Shown: positions 30,569 through 40,930 of the stretch, piece after piece | How positions within the stretch are numbered: position 1 is the stretch's first letter | Layout of the letters: the number at the start of each line of letters is the position of its first letter | DNA from: an uncultured Gemmatimonadales bacterium | GTDB lineage: Bacteria > Gemmatimonadota > Gemmatimonadetes > Gemmatimonadales > GWC2-71-9 | Length of the DNA stretch: 64,000 bases | Assembly: GCA_963728915.1 (NCBI GenBank) | Contig: CAVSLV010000001.1 | Coordinates: 1,312,001 to 1,376,000 of the forward strand | Reading direction: 5' to 3' | Position numbers and translations under genes: made by a program | Notes under the pieces: model-generated | What the model was told of the DNA's origin: nothing | Databases searched by the model: none | Seen by the model: the letters and a program-made list of their open reading frames with translations, nothing else

Positions 30569-30590
30569 GGGTTCCGGGTAAATTACGACG

Positions 30591-32312
30591 ATGAAGAACT
30601 CTCGTCGACTCCATCTCGCCCTCGGGCTGCTGACCTTCCTGGCCACGGTCCCCCCGCTCGCTTCCCAGCAATCCCCGCAGATCGATCCCGGCTGGTCTCT
30701 CGCCGGCAAGGCGCGGGTGGCGGAGGCCCCCCACGCGATGGTGGTTTCGGGGAGCCCGATCGCCAGCCAAATCGGTCGGGACATTCTCCAGCAGGGAGGG
30801 AACGCGGTCGACGCCGCCGTGGCGGTGGGATTCGCCCTCGCGGTGGTGCATCCCGAGGCCGGGAACATCGGGGGCGGTGGATTCATGGTGATCCGGACCG
30901 CCAAGGGAGAGGTGCAGGCCCTCGATTATCGGGAAACCGCGCCGGGTGACGCCGGCAGGGACATGTATCTCAACCTTGGCGGCGATCCGACGCGCCTCAG
31001 CGTCACCGGCGCGCTCTCGGCGGGAGTGCCGGGGTCCGTGGCCGGGTTAGTGGAGGCGCATCGCCGCTACGGGCGGCTTCCGTTTCGGGCGGTGATCGCG
31101 CCGGCCATCGCGCTCGCGAGCAATGGCTTCCTTATCGACTCGTACCGGAGCCGTTCGATCGACGACGACCGCGACCGGCTGTATCTCTTTCCGGCCTCCC
31201 GCAAGCAGTTCCTGCCCGGCGGCAAAGCCCCCCTGGTGGGAACCCGGCTCAAGCAGCCCGATCTGGCCCGGACCCTCCAGGCCATCCGGGACCACGGCGC
31301 GGCCGGATTCTACCGGGGCAAGGTGGCGCGCCTGATCGTCGCCGAGATGGAGCGGAGTGGGGGGATCGTAACCCGCGAGGACTTGGCCGGATACCGCCCC
31401 ATCTGGCGGGAGCCGGTCGCCACCGTGTACCGCGGCCATACCATCTATTCGATGCCCCCGTCGAGCTCGGGTGGCGTCACCATGGCAACGATCCTGAACA
31501 TCATGGAAGGGTTCGGCCCCCTGCCCGGCTTCGGCTCAACCGCCCTGCTCCACAGGGAAACCGAGGCGATGCGGCGGGCGTTCATGGACCGCAACAGCTA
31601 TTTGGGCGACCCTGCGTTCGTGCAGGCGCCCATCGCCAGGCTCATGTCCAAGGAGCACGCCGAGAGCCTGCGGCGGCAGATCGATCTTCAGCATGCCACT
31701 CCCACACCGAAATTCCAGGCCAGCGCCGGCGGATCCTGGACCACCCACTACTCGGTGGTGGACGCGGACGGCAACGCGGTGAGCTGCACCACGACCCTCA
31801 ACAACAGCTACGGTTCCGCCGTCACCGTGACGGGCGCGGGGTTCCTCCTGAACGACGAAATGGACGATTTCGCCACCGCGCCGGGCAAACCGAACATGTA
31901 CGGCCTGGTCCAGGGAGAGGCCAACGCGGTACAACCGGATAAGCGGATGCTCTCGGCGATGACGCCGAGCATCGTACTCGATCCGGAAGGACAGCTCTTC
32001 ATGGTGGTGGGCACGCCCGGCGGACCCAAAATCATCACCATGGTGTACCACGTGATTTCGAACGTCCTCGACCACCATATGGGGCTCGCCGAGGCCGTAA
32101 CGGCCCCAAGAATCCACCATCAGGCCCTGCCCGATACCATTCAGGTCGAGCGAGGTGGATTCCTCAGCGGCGTTCTCGATTCGCTCCGCGCCATGGGGCA
32201 CGCCGTGCGCGAGCTGAATCCCTGGGGAGACGTGGAAGCGATTGTCCGCATTCCCCAGGGATGGCAGGGGGTGAGCGATCCCCGCCGGGGCGGGGGCGGC
32301 GCAGGGTACTAG
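30591..32312 (+). CDS. ggt: Gamma-glutamyltransferase (secreted)
   Basis: GGNAVDAAVA, LDYRETAP, TTHYSVVD nucleophile, LNDEMDDF, GTPGG. Confidence 0.95.
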   Translation: MKNSRRLHLALGLLTFLATVPPLASQQSPQIDPGWSLAGKARVAEAPHAMVVSGSPIASQIGRDILQQGGNAVDAAVAVGFALAVVHPEAGNIGGGGFMVIRTAKGEVQALDYRETAPGDAGRDMYLNLGGDPTRLSVTGALSAGVPGSVAGLVEAHRRYGRLPFRAVIAPAIALASNGFLIDSYRSRSIDDDRDRLYLFPASRKQFLPGGKAPLVGTRLKQPDLARTLQAIRDHGAAGFYRGKVARLIVAEMERSGGIVTREDLAGYRPIWREPVATVYRGHTIYSMPPSSSGGVTMATILNIMEGFGPLPGFGSTALLHRETEAMRRAFMDRNSYLGDPAFVQAPIARLMSKEHAESLRRQIDLQHATPTPKFQASAGGSWTTHYSVVDADGNAVSCTTTLNNSYGSAVTVTGAGFLLNDEMDDFATAPGKPNMYGLVQGEANAVQPDKRMLSAMTPSIVLDPEGQLFMVVGTPGGPKIITMVYHVISNVLDHHMGLAEAVTAPRIHHQALPDTIQVERGGFLSGVLDSLRAMGHAVRELNPWGDVEAIVRIPQGWQGVSDPRRGGGGAGY

Positions 32313-33133
32313 TCCGCGATCAGCGGAGACTTCAGGGCGATCCGGATCTTTCCTCCTTCCGGGATCACCACATCCCGGTCGGCGGTCTCGACTGCCACCG
32401 CCGCCCCGGCCGCAGCACCGGTGACCGCGCCGGCAGCCGCACCGGCGCCACCACCGATCACTTTGCCAATGATCGCTCCCGCCGCGGCCCCGGCCCCGAC
32501 CTTGGCCGCCTCACCGGTGCCGATTCCCCGACCCTTCAGGGTGTGTTCCACATAGGTCACCTCGGCATCGATCGGCTTGGTCTCGCCGTTGATCTTCACG
32601 CTGGTGGCCGCCAGCACCAAGGTACCGTCTTTCGCACCTTTGTTCGGAGCGGGCTTGATCTCCGAAATGGTGAAGACGATCTCGGAGCCGGCCGGGATCA
32701 CCACTCTGCCATCGGCCGAGCTGATGTCCTGTGCGATGCGGGCGGTGAATTGCTCACCGGCTTTGTTGACTTTCGAGGTGATTTCGCGGGTCGCAGTGGC
32801 CTCCAGGGTAGTGCCCGCCGCGAGCTGGGGCGCCGGCCGAGCCGGAGCCGGCTGAGGCACAGGAGCCGGCGGCGGAGTTGGAGCGGGTGACGGAGTGGGC
32901 CGTGGAGCCGGCGGGGGCGGCACGGGACGCGGTGCCGGGGCGGGCGTCGGGGCCGGTGTCGGGGCGGGAGTCACCGGCCGGTCCCCGAATGCGAGACTGG
33001 TGTCGGTATTGGGCAATTGGACATTCTGCGCGGCGGTATCTGCCACCGCGCCGGATTCGCCCTTCCGGCCGCAGGCAATCAACATCAGACCGGCCGCGGC
33101 AATGGTCAAAGAACCTATCGAGGTCTGGCGCAT
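32309..33133 (-). CDS. Lipoprotein with Pro-rich linker and glycine-zipper-containing C-terminal domain
   Basis: Lipobox LIA-C; (PAPT)n linker; GAGAAAGAIIG..GAAAGAVTGAAAG; GGGAGG SD. Confidence 0.75.
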   Translation of the reverse strand: MRQTSIGSLTIAAAGLMLIACGRKGESGAVADTAAQNVQLPNTDTSLAFGDRPVTPAPTPAPTPAPAPRPVPPPPAPRPTPSPAPTPPPAPVPQPAPARPAPQLAAGTTLEATATREITSKVNKAGEQFTARIAQDISSADGRVVIPAGSEIVFTISEIKPAPNKGAKDGTLVLAATSVKINGETKPIDAEVTYVEHTLKGRGIGTGEAAKVGAGAAAGAIIGKVIGGGAGAAAGAVTGAAAGAAVAVETADRDVVIPEGGKIRIALKSPLIAD

Positions 33134-33205
33134 AACCCTCCCCAAAGTGTCTGGAATTTCGTCGCGGGAGCCTTCAGAATGGAGACGACCGAGCCGAAGG
33201 ACCAG

Positions 33206-33934
33206 TTACAGCCGGGTTCGGAGGAACGAAGGTGTAAGGCTCTGCAACCAGCCGGCAATACGAGTGAACTGCCCGGTCATCAAGAGAACGCCGACCACCA
33301 GCAGGAGCACCCCACTCAGTTGCTGGATCCATCGCAGATGCCGGCGAAATCGCTGAAACCAGGCGAGAAAGCTCTCCACCGCGAAGGCGGCAACGAGAAA
33401 CGGCACCGCGAGTCCGAGGGAATACGCCCCAAGCAGGACGATTCCCCGGCTCACGGTCTCCTCCGTGGCGGCGAGTCCCAGGATTCCACCGAGGATTGGA
33501 CCGATGCACGGCGTCCAGCCTGCCGCGAAGGCCATCCCGACCAGCACGGAACCGAGGTACCCCATCGGCTTCCGGTCGAGATGGACTCGGGAATCCCGAT
33601 CCATCCAGCGGGACCGGAATACTCCCAGACAGTACAACCCGAACACGACGATCAGGGCGCCACCGATCCGCTGGATCCAGATTTCGTAGTGCTTGAGCAC
33701 TCGACCCAGGGCCGTGGCACTCGCGCCGAACACCATGAAGACCACGGAGAAGCCGAGCACGAAGAGGGCCGCATGGAGCATGGCGATCCGGCGGCGATTT
33801 CCTATTTCGTCGAACGTGAGGCCGGTCACAAAGCCGAGATAGGAGGGCACCAGCGGCAACACGCAGGGCGACAGAAAGCTCAGCAGACCGCCGGCGAACG
33901 CGATGGCGACCCCGAGGCTCGGGGTATCGCTCAC
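33206..33934 (-). CDS. ccdA: Cytochrome c biogenesis protein CcdA
   Basis: SFLSPCVLPLVPSY, GWTPCIGPILG. Confidence 0.92.
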   Translation of the reverse strand: MSDTPSLGVAIAFAGGLLSFLSPCVLPLVPSYLGFVTGLTFDEIGNRRRIAMLHAALFVLGFSVVFMVFGASATALGRVLKHYEIWIQRIGGALIVVFGLYCLGVFRSRWMDRDSRVHLDRKPMGYLGSVLVGMAFAAGWTPCIGPILGGILGLAATEETVSRGIVLLGAYSLGLAVPFLVAAFAVESFLAWFQRFRRHLRWIQQLSGVLLLVVGVLLMTGQFTRIAGWLQSLTPSFLRTRL

Positions 33935-34320
33935 GGGGACGGGGTCGGCGAAGGCTCGGAAAACCAGGAGGATGGATCGACTGACACGGGCGGCTCCTCT
34001 TCCTCGGAACGCCGAGGGACCAGCGCCAGCAACTCATCGAGGGCCTCGGGCGGACCACTCCCGACCTCCTGGAGGTCCCAGTCGAAGGCCCCCCGCTTGG
34101 AACCTTTGACCGTATGGATGAACCGGGCGGTATAGATGCGGCGGCGGTCCTGTTCGAGGCGGGAAAGAATCGCGGTCCCGAAGTCCCGGCCCTCCCGCCG
34201 CACCACACGGAAGGTCCAGATGGCGTCCACCTGGTCGGCCGGGATTGTTGCCCTGAGGGCGAGGGCCAGTCGTTCCCATCCGGGACCGGGATCGCTCGGG
34301 GGGTTCAGCGGGCTCGTCAT
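33931..34320 (-). CDS. Hypothetical protein
   Basis: 129-aa ORF whose stop overlaps the ccdA start; TACCTT -10 upstream. Confidence 0.7.
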   Translation of the reverse strand: MTSPLNPPSDPGPGWERLALALRATIPADQVDAIWTFRVVRREGRDFGTAILSRLEQDRRRIYTARFIHTVKGSKRGAFDWDLQEVGSGPPEALDELLALVPRRSEEEEPPVSVDPSSWFSEPSPTPSP

Positions 34321-34388
34321 GGAATGGCGGAAGGTAGAGGGCCGGACGACCGGATGGTAGGACGCCGGTCGCAGTAAGTTTGGGGCTC

Positions 34389-36518
34389 ATGATACCGACC
34401 ATCCTGAGCCTCCTGGCCCTCCAGGGCCCTCCAGGAGGACCCGACACCGCCCGGGCCGACACGGCCAAGCGGGTTAGGCTTCCGCCGGTCACCGTCAGCG
34501 TCACCAGGATGGCCGAGCCGGAATCCCGCCTGCCCATGGCGATCGGGGTTCTCAGCGCGCAGGCGGTGCGCACGGGGCAACCTACGCTGGGCCTGGATGA
34601 ATCGCTCAGCCGCCTGCCCGGAGTCGTGGTGCTGAACCGGTACAACTACTCTCTGGATCAGCGCATTTCGCTCCGGGGAGCGGGGAGCCGCGCGAACTTC
34701 GGCCTTCGCGGCGTGAAGGTCCTGGTCGACGGCGTGCCCCAGACGCTCCCCGACGGACAGAGCCAGCTCACCAACCTCGAGCTCGGCACGGTCGACCGGG
34801 TGGAGGTGCTCACCGGCTCGGCGGGCGCGCTCTACGGCAACGCCTCCGGCGGGGTGCTGTCCTTCACCACCGAGACCCCGCTCCTGCCATGGTCCGCAAG
34901 GCTCAGGATCGAAGGAGGCAGCTTCGGCACCTGGAAGGCACAATCGGTCCTGGGGACCGAACAGGGAAGGTTTCGTGCCCTCGGCTCCCTGTCCCGCTTC
35001 GGGACCGACGGGTTCCGGCAGCACAGCGCGGCATCGGCCTGGCAGTTCAACGGCAAACTCGAATATGACCTCGGCGGCCGGTCGACCCTGGCGGTTGGCC
35101 TCGCGCTGGCCGACGCGCCCAAGGCGGAGCATCCCGGCGCCCTGACCTTCGAGGAGTACGAGGTGACCCGCGACAGCGCCGCCGCCAGCAACATCCTGCG
35201 AGGCGCCGACAAGAGCGTCACCCAGCAACAGGCGTCCGTCCGCTACCGGTGGTTCGGGAGCGGAGGCGCATCGCTCGACGTCACCGCTTTCGGCCTGCTG
35301 CGCGATCTGGAGAATCCGCTCGCCACGCCGCCACCGACTCCACCGGCGATCAACGCGCGGAACGGGACCTACAGCACGATCGACCGCCGGGTCGGCGGGG
35401 TTCGGGTGGCGGGATCCGTACCTCTCGTCCCGGCGAGCCTGGCCCTCCGGCTTTCCGCCGGCATCGATCTTCAGGGAATGCGCGACCATCGTCGCAACCT
35501 TCGAAGCCTCGAGGGGCGGCGCATCGGCTCGGCCTTCGTCGATCAGGTCGAGACCGTCACCGAGCTCGGACCCTTTGCTCAGCTCCACTGGGCACCCAGC
35601 GACCGGCTGCTGCTGCTCGCCGCGGGCCGATACGACTACCTGGTGTTCCGGGTCGAGGACGGGCTCCGGACCGGCGGGATCGATCGGGGTGGCGAGCGCA
35701 CCATGAGTCGCCCCAGCGGCAGCATGGGGGCGAGCTACCTCATCGGTCCTGCCCTCACCGTCTATCTCAATGGAGCGACCAGTTTCGAGTCTCCCACGAC
35801 CACCGAGCTCGTGAATACCACCGGCGACCTGGGTTTCAACACGACTCTTGGCCCGCAACGCACCATCTCCGCCGAAGTCGGAGCGCGAGGCAGAGTCGGG
35901 CGGGTCCTGGACTACAGCGTGGCGGCATACGGCAGCCGGACTCGCGACGCCATCATCCAGGCCCGCGAAGTGGACGGACGGGCGTACTTCGAGAATGCCG
36001 GCCGGGTCCGGGTCCGGGGGGTCGAGGGCGGGTTAGGGGTCGATCCGCTGTCCTGGGTCACCTTGCGGGCCGCCTACACCTACGGGAGCTACACCTTTGC
36101 GGAGTACCTGGTGCGGAGCGGCGCGACCACCGACACCCTCGATGGGAACCGGCTGGCCGGCGTGCCTCGGCATTTCTTCCGGGCCAGCCTGGCGATCCAT
36201 CCCGGCCCCCTGCGCGCCGAGCTGGAGCAGCTCACCGCGAGCTCGGTCTATGGGGATGACAAGAACACCCTCCGGGTGGATGGATGGGGTGCGGGGGTGA
36301 CCACGATCCGGCTGAGCGGGGAGTGGTTCTGGGGCTCCAATACGCTGCGGCCGTTCGCGGCGATCCAGAACCTCTTCGATCGGAAGTATGTCGGGTCGGT
36401 CAACCTGAATGGAGCCGGAGGGCGAATTCTCGAGCCGGCGCCGGGCCGCTCGGCGTACCTCGGGCTGGAGCTCGGGCTCGCCTCCGGGGCACGCTTCTCC
36501 GAGCGAACCGGGCGCTAG
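34389..36518 (+). CDS. TonB-dependent receptor (YncD/PqqU-like)
   Basis: Plug motif RGAGSRANFGLRGVKVLVDGVPQTLPDGQ; LYGNASGGV; NLFDRKY..EPAPGR. Confidence 0.88.
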   Translation: MIPTILSLLALQGPPGGPDTARADTAKRVRLPPVTVSVTRMAEPESRLPMAIGVLSAQAVRTGQPTLGLDESLSRLPGVVVLNRYNYSLDQRISLRGAGSRANFGLRGVKVLVDGVPQTLPDGQSQLTNLELGTVDRVEVLTGSAGALYGNASGGVLSFTTETPLLPWSARLRIEGGSFGTWKAQSVLGTEQGRFRALGSLSRFGTDGFRQHSAASAWQFNGKLEYDLGGRSTLAVGLALADAPKAEHPGALTFEEYEVTRDSAAASNILRGADKSVTQQQASVRYRWFGSGGASLDVTAFGLLRDLENPLATPPPTPPAINARNGTYSTIDRRVGGVRVAGSVPLVPASLALRLSAGIDLQGMRDHRRNLRSLEGRRIGSAFVDQVETVTELGPFAQLHWAPSDRLLLLAAGRYDYLVFRVEDGLRTGGIDRGGERTMSRPSGSMGASYLIGPALTVYLNGATSFESPTTTELVNTTGDLGFNTTLGPQRTISAEVGARGRVGRVLDYSVAAYGSRTRDAIIQAREVDGRAYFENAGRVRVRGVEGGLGVDPLSWVTLRAAYTYGSYTFAEYLVRSGATTDTLDGNRLAGVPRHFFRASLAIHPGPLRAELEQLTASSVYGDDKNTLRVDGWGAGVTTIRLSGEWFWGSNTLRPFAAIQNLFDRKYVGSVNLNGAGGRILEPAPGRSAYLGLELGLASGARFSERTGR

Positions 36519-38950
36519 AGCAACGCGACCGGATCCCGGTCCAGCACGATCCGGCACCCACCGCGCGGCTCGAGCCGGGGCGCGGCATAGCGCACCAGCC
36601 TCCCGATCTGATCGCCTGCTCCCTTGACCAGCAGATGCCAGCGCCACTGGCCCTTGATGCGGGTTATGGGACATGGCGCCGGACCAAGCAGGGAGAGGGG
36701 AACCGCCTGGGTGGTGAGCAGCTCGCCGAGCCAGCCGGCCACCCGCTGGGCCTCATCGACGGTCCTCCGCTCGTCCTGGCCCGAGATCACCACATTGAGC
36801 AGGCCGGTTTCCGGCGGATAGGGCGGATCCTGGCGGACCCGCTTCTCGTGATCCAGGAAGCCTTCCGCATCGTGGGCGGCGGCGAATCGAAGCGCCGGAT
36901 GTTCGTGGCTCCTGGTCTGCACCACCACCCTGCCACCCTTCGGTCCCCGCCCTGCCCGTCCCGCCACCTGGGCGAGGAGCTGGAAGGTGCGCTCGCCCGC
37001 CCGGAAATCGGGAAGATGAAGGGCGGTATCGGCGTCCACCACGCCAACCAGCGTGACGTTCGGAAAATCCATCCCCTTGGCGATCATCTGGGTGCCGACC
37101 AGCACGTTGGCTTCCCCGCGATCGACCCGATCCAGGATCCGATGGTGACTCCAGCGCGCCGAAGTCGTATCGAGGTCCATCCGGGCGATCCGGGCGGTGG
37201 GGAACCGGCTCGCCACCAGACTCTCCAGCTGCTGGGTGCCGACGCCACGGGCGCGCTGCACCGGATGCGCGCAGGCCGAACAGGCCGATGGGATCGGAAA
37301 CCGGCGGGCGCAGTAGTGGCATCGTAACCCGGGGGGCACCCGATGCAGGGTGAGCGCAATGGAGCATTCCGGACATTCCGGCACCAGACCGCAGGCCGGG
37401 CACTGGAGAAAGGAGGCGTACCCCCGGCGATTGAGCAGCAGAATTGCCTGTTCCTCGCGATCCAGCACCTCGCCCAGCGCCCGATCGAGGGCCTCGCTCC
37501 AGGGAACCGCATGGCCGGTGTTCACCACCGGAGCGGAACAGAGATCGAGCAGCTCCACCGGAGGGAGCGGACGGTCCCCGATCCGCCGAGGCAAGCGCAG
37601 CAGGGTCAGGCGCTCCTGCTCCCGGGCATCGGGCTCGGTCCGTGAGAACGTTTCCAGCGAAGGCGTCGCGCTCCCCAGGATGAGCCGGGCGCCTTCCAGG
37701 TGGGCCCGGACCCGGGCGACCTCACGGGCATGGTAACGGGGCGCCTCGCCATTCTTGTAGCTCGCCTCGTGTTCTTCGTCGACCACGATGAGCCCCAGGC
37801 CCAGCACCGGAGCGAACAGCGCGGAGCGGGCCCCCACCACCACCCGGCGCTCCCCCCGGCGGAGCAGTCGCCAGGCATCGGCACGCTCCCCCTCGGAGAG
37901 TCCGCTATGGAGGACCGCCACGCGATCGCCGAACAGACCCCGGACCCGGCTCACCATCTGGGGCGTCAATCCGATTTCGGGCACCAGGATGATCACCCCG
38001 CCTCCGGCATCCACCACCCGCTCCGCCGCGCGAAGATAGATCAGGGTTTTCCCGCTTCCGGTCACCCCGAAGAGAACCGCTCCCGCGCCCGGAGCGAGCG
38101 CGGTGAGTCGGTCCAGCACGGCCGATTGGGCCTCCGTCGTGGTTTCCGGTGGCGGGGCCGCCGCGATGCCCTCGAAGGGATCGCGAATCCGCTCCACCGC
38201 GCGAACCGTCGCGAGACCGGAAGCGACCAAAGCACGAATCACCTGATCGGAGAAGCCCAGAGCCTCTCGCAGATGGGTGATCGCAGCGGATCCGCCCAGC
38301 GACTCCAGGGTCTCGTACAGCTCGCGCTGGCGAACCCGCCGGGCCAATCGGTCCATCCGTTCGACCAGGGTCAGGCGTTCGGCGGGAAGCTCGATCCAGC
38401 GCACCAGGCTCACTCCCCCGCCGGTTTCGGCCGGGGTGACGATGAGCTCGGCCGCCCCCACGCGGTAGAGCCGATCCGCCACATCCCACAGCGGCTTCCG
38501 AAAGTGCCTTGCCGCGGTGTCGAGAGGCGCCTCCCCACCCCGGTCCGCGACCCATGCCAGGACCTGGCCGGCCAACCCACCCAGGGGCGAACCGCCTGAT
38601 GTCAGCACTCGGAGGTGAACCCGTGAGCTGCCCCAGAGTGAGCCGGGCAGGATGGCCTTGAGGGCCAGCCCGATGGGAGCGCCATAGTAGGCCGCCATCC
38701 ATTCCGCAGTGCGAAGAAGCGGTGCGGAGAGCGCCGGTTCCGGATCAGGCGCCGCCAGCAGGTCACGGGCCTCGACCGGGGGCGCCTCGCCGGTGATCTC
38801 CAGCACGATGCCCACCAGCTCGCGCCGGCGCACCGGAACCACGACCCTCGCGCCCGGCGTTACCCGGTCCGCCAGGATCGTCGGGATGCGGTAGAGATAG
38901 GGTTCGAAGAGCGGAAGCGGGAGAGCGACCCTGGCGAACCGCTCGGTCAT
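36515..38950 (-). CDS. priA: Primosomal protein N'
   Basis: GVTGSGKT, VPEIGLTPQ, DEEH, Cys cluster, GTQMIAKG, QVAGRAGR. Confidence 0.96.
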   Translation of the reverse strand: MTERFARVALPLPLFEPYLYRIPTILADRVTPGARVVVPVRRRELVGIVLEITGEAPPVEARDLLAAPDPEPALSAPLLRTAEWMAAYYGAPIGLALKAILPGSLWGSSRVHLRVLTSGGSPLGGLAGQVLAWVADRGGEAPLDTAARHFRKPLWDVADRLYRVGAAELIVTPAETGGGVSLVRWIELPAERLTLVERMDRLARRVRQRELYETLESLGGSAAITHLREALGFSDQVIRALVASGLATVRAVERIRDPFEGIAAAPPPETTTEAQSAVLDRLTALAPGAGAVLFGVTGSGKTLIYLRAAERVVDAGGGVIILVPEIGLTPQMVSRVRGLFGDRVAVLHSGLSEGERADAWRLLRRGERRVVVGARSALFAPVLGLGLIVVDEEHEASYKNGEAPRYHAREVARVRAHLEGARLILGSATPSLETFSRTEPDAREQERLTLLRLPRRIGDRPLPPVELLDLCSAPVVNTGHAVPWSEALDRALGEVLDREEQAILLLNRRGYASFLQCPACGLVPECPECSIALTLHRVPPGLRCHYCARRFPIPSACSACAHPVQRARGVGTQQLESLVASRFPTARIARMDLDTTSARWSHHRILDRVDRGEANVLVGTQMIAKGMDFPNVTLVGVVDADTALHLPDFRAGERTFQLLAQVAGRAGRGPKGGRVVVQTRSHEHPALRFAAAHDAEGFLDHEKRVRQDPPYPPETGLLNVVISGQDERRTVDEAQRVAGWLGELLTTQAVPLSLLGPAPCPITRIKGQWRWHLLVKGAGDQIGRLVRYAAPRLEPRGGCRIVLDRDPVALL

Positions 38951-39966
38951 CGCCTCGAGAGGCCGAGTCCCGGCCCCTCGGGAAGCACCAGCCGGCCACC
39001 CGCGATGGTGGCGCCGGCGTAGGGATCGCTCGCCAGGAGGGCGGCCCCGTCGAGGTCGCAGATGTCGACCAGGGGACAGACCTGGGCGGCCGCGGTGATC
39101 CCCACCGACGTTTCGATCATGCACCCCACCATCACCATCAGGTGGTGGGCCCGGGCGATCGCGATCATGCGGAGGGCTTCGCGCAGGCTCCCGGTCTTGG
39201 CCAGCTTGATGTTGATGCCGTCCACCTTGCCCACCAGGCGGGGAATGTCGCCGGCGGTGAGGCAGCTCTCGTCGGCGATCACCGGAATCCGGCTCTTGCG
39301 GGTTATGGTGCCCAGCCCCTCGATGTCGTCGGGATGGAGCGGCTGCTCCAGCACGGTGACCCCGAACTCCTCCAGGACCGGCAGCATCCGGATCGCCTGT
39401 TTGCGGGTCCACCCGCAGTTGGCGTCGACCCGAATCTCTTTCCGGGTCGCCTCCCGGATGGCCTGGAGAATCCCGAGATCGTCGGCGGTCCCCAGCTTGA
39501 TCTTGAGCACCGGATACGGTTCGGCCTCCTTGACCTTCATCCGCATGCGCTCGGGGGTGTCGATCCCGATGGTGAAGGTGGAGATCGGACACCTGGCCGG
39601 ATCGAGCCCGAACAGCCGGTGGACCGGCGCCCCGAGCCGTTTTCCGACCAGGTCATGGAGGGCAGCGGACAGGGCCGCCCGGGCGGCGTGGTTGCCGCTC
39701 AGGGCCGTCGCAAAGCGGGCTTCCGCCTCCTCGAGATGAAATGGCTCGGTCGGCAGGACCGTGGCATACGCTTCAAGCGCCGCGAGCACCGTTTCGGGGG
39801 TCTCGCCATAGAAACGCTGCGGCGCGGCCTCCCCCCACCCTTCGACCCCGTCCCGATCGACCAGCCGGATGGCCACGGTGCGATAGGTGTCCTGGGAGCC
39901 CCGCGCGATCACGAACGGGTGGCGGGTCTTGAGCTCCAGGATGTCGGCATTGAGTCGGAGGGACAC
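38947..39966 (-). CDS. L-Ala-D/L-Glu (dipeptide) epimerase, enolase superfamily
   Basis: GWGEAAP, KIKLG, VDAN, EQP, ADES, NIKLAK, GCMIET, DLDG. Confidence 0.9.
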   Translation of the reverse strand: MSLRLNADILELKTRHPFVIARGSQDTYRTVAIRLVDRDGVEGWGEAAPQRFYGETPETVLAALEAYATVLPTEPFHLEEAEARFATALSGNHAARAALSAALHDLVGKRLGAPVHRLFGLDPARCPISTFTIGIDTPERMRMKVKEAEPYPVLKIKLGTADDLGILQAIREATRKEIRVDANCGWTRKQAIRMLPVLEEFGVTVLEQPLHPDDIEGLGTITRKSRIPVIADESCLTAGDIPRLVGKVDGINIKLAKTGSLREALRMIAIARAHHLMVMVGCMIETSVGITAAAQVCPLVDICDLDGAALLASDPYAGATIAGGRLVLPEGPGLGLSRR

Positions 39967-40021
39967 GGAGATGCGCTCGGGTGTCGGGGCTCGGCGAGTA
40001 TAGGCTCGTCGGGAGATGGCG

Positions 40022-40921
40022 TCAAACCAGCGCCTCGAGCGTCGCCAGCACGCCTGCGGCGAGGCGTTCCGGGAGGTAGCCACCCTCCATGAGTCCGATG
40101 ATGGGCACCTCGGGGGCCACGCGCCGCAGGAAGCCGACCAGCTCGGCGCAGTGTTCCGGCTCCAGGGTGAATCCGCCCAGGGGATCGCCCCGGAGACTGT
40201 CATAACCCGCCGAGATCAGGATCACCCCGGGGCGCCAATCGAGCAGGGCGCGCTCGATCCCGCCGCGGAGGTCCTCGACATACGCGCGGGGGGAAAGCCC
40301 GGGCGGGCGGGGGAGGTTGAACACATTGCCGACCCCCCGCTCGGCCGCGGCGCCGGTACCCGGGTAGTGAGGCCACTGATGCAGGGAGACGAAGCGGATC
40401 GAAGGATCCCGCTCGATCAGGGCCTGGGTGCCGTTCCCGTGGTGGACGTCCCAGTCGACGATCACCACCCGGGAGCGCCCCCGCGCCTGGGCCTCCCGCG
40501 CTGCGATCACCGCATTGCCGAAGAAGCAGAACCCCATCGCGGTGTCCCGCAGGGCGTGATGCCCCGGAGGCCGGATCGCCGCGAAGGCATGGGTTCCCGA
40601 ATCGAGCGCGTGCCGGACCGCGGCCAGCGCGGCCCCCGCCCCGGCGCGCGCGGCGTCGAAGCTGGCGCCGCTCAGGAACGTGTCGGCGTCGAGCATCGCC
40701 CCGCCGGAGGCGGCGAGCCGCTCCAGCCGGTCGATGTATTCGCGAGGGTGAACCCGCTCGAGAGCTTCCAGCGAGGCGGGATCGGCCTCGCGAAGCGCGT
40801 TCGCATCCCGGGCGCGGATCGCCTCCTGCACGATCCGAAGCCGGGCCGGCGCCTCCGGATGGGCGGGTCCGGGACGATGATCCAGGCAACGGCTGGAAGT
40901 GAAGACCGCGGGGAGCGGCAC
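40022..40921 (-). CDS. Histone deacetylase family protein
   Basis: HPE, RPPGHHA, GFC, DVHHGNGT, SAGYD, EGGY. Confidence 0.94.
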   Translation of the reverse strand: MPLPAVFTSSRCLDHRPGPAHPEAPARLRIVQEAIRARDANALREADPASLEALERVHPREYIDRLERLAASGGAMLDADTFLSGASFDAARAGAGAALAAVRHALDSGTHAFAAIRPPGHHALRDTAMGFCFFGNAVIAAREAQARGRSRVVIVDWDVHHGNGTQALIERDPSIRFVSLHQWPHYPGTGAAAERGVGNVFNLPRPPGLSPRAYVEDLRGGIERALLDWRPGVILISAGYDSLRGDPLGGFTLEPEHCAELVGFLRRVAPEVPIIGLMEGGYLPERLAAGVLATLEALV

Positions 40922-40930
40922 TACGGCGGA

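Noticed and set aside
32840..32975. Pro/Ala repeat DNA as part of the hairpin family
   Set aside because: It is a codon-level repeat of a proline linker with no complementary arm.
38951..39592. N-terminal extensions given in the ORF track for priA (also nagZ, murQ, rplN, rplD, trpS, SSS)
   Set aside because: They overlap neighbouring genes; downstream starts with stop/start overlaps or SD sequences fit the family N-termini.
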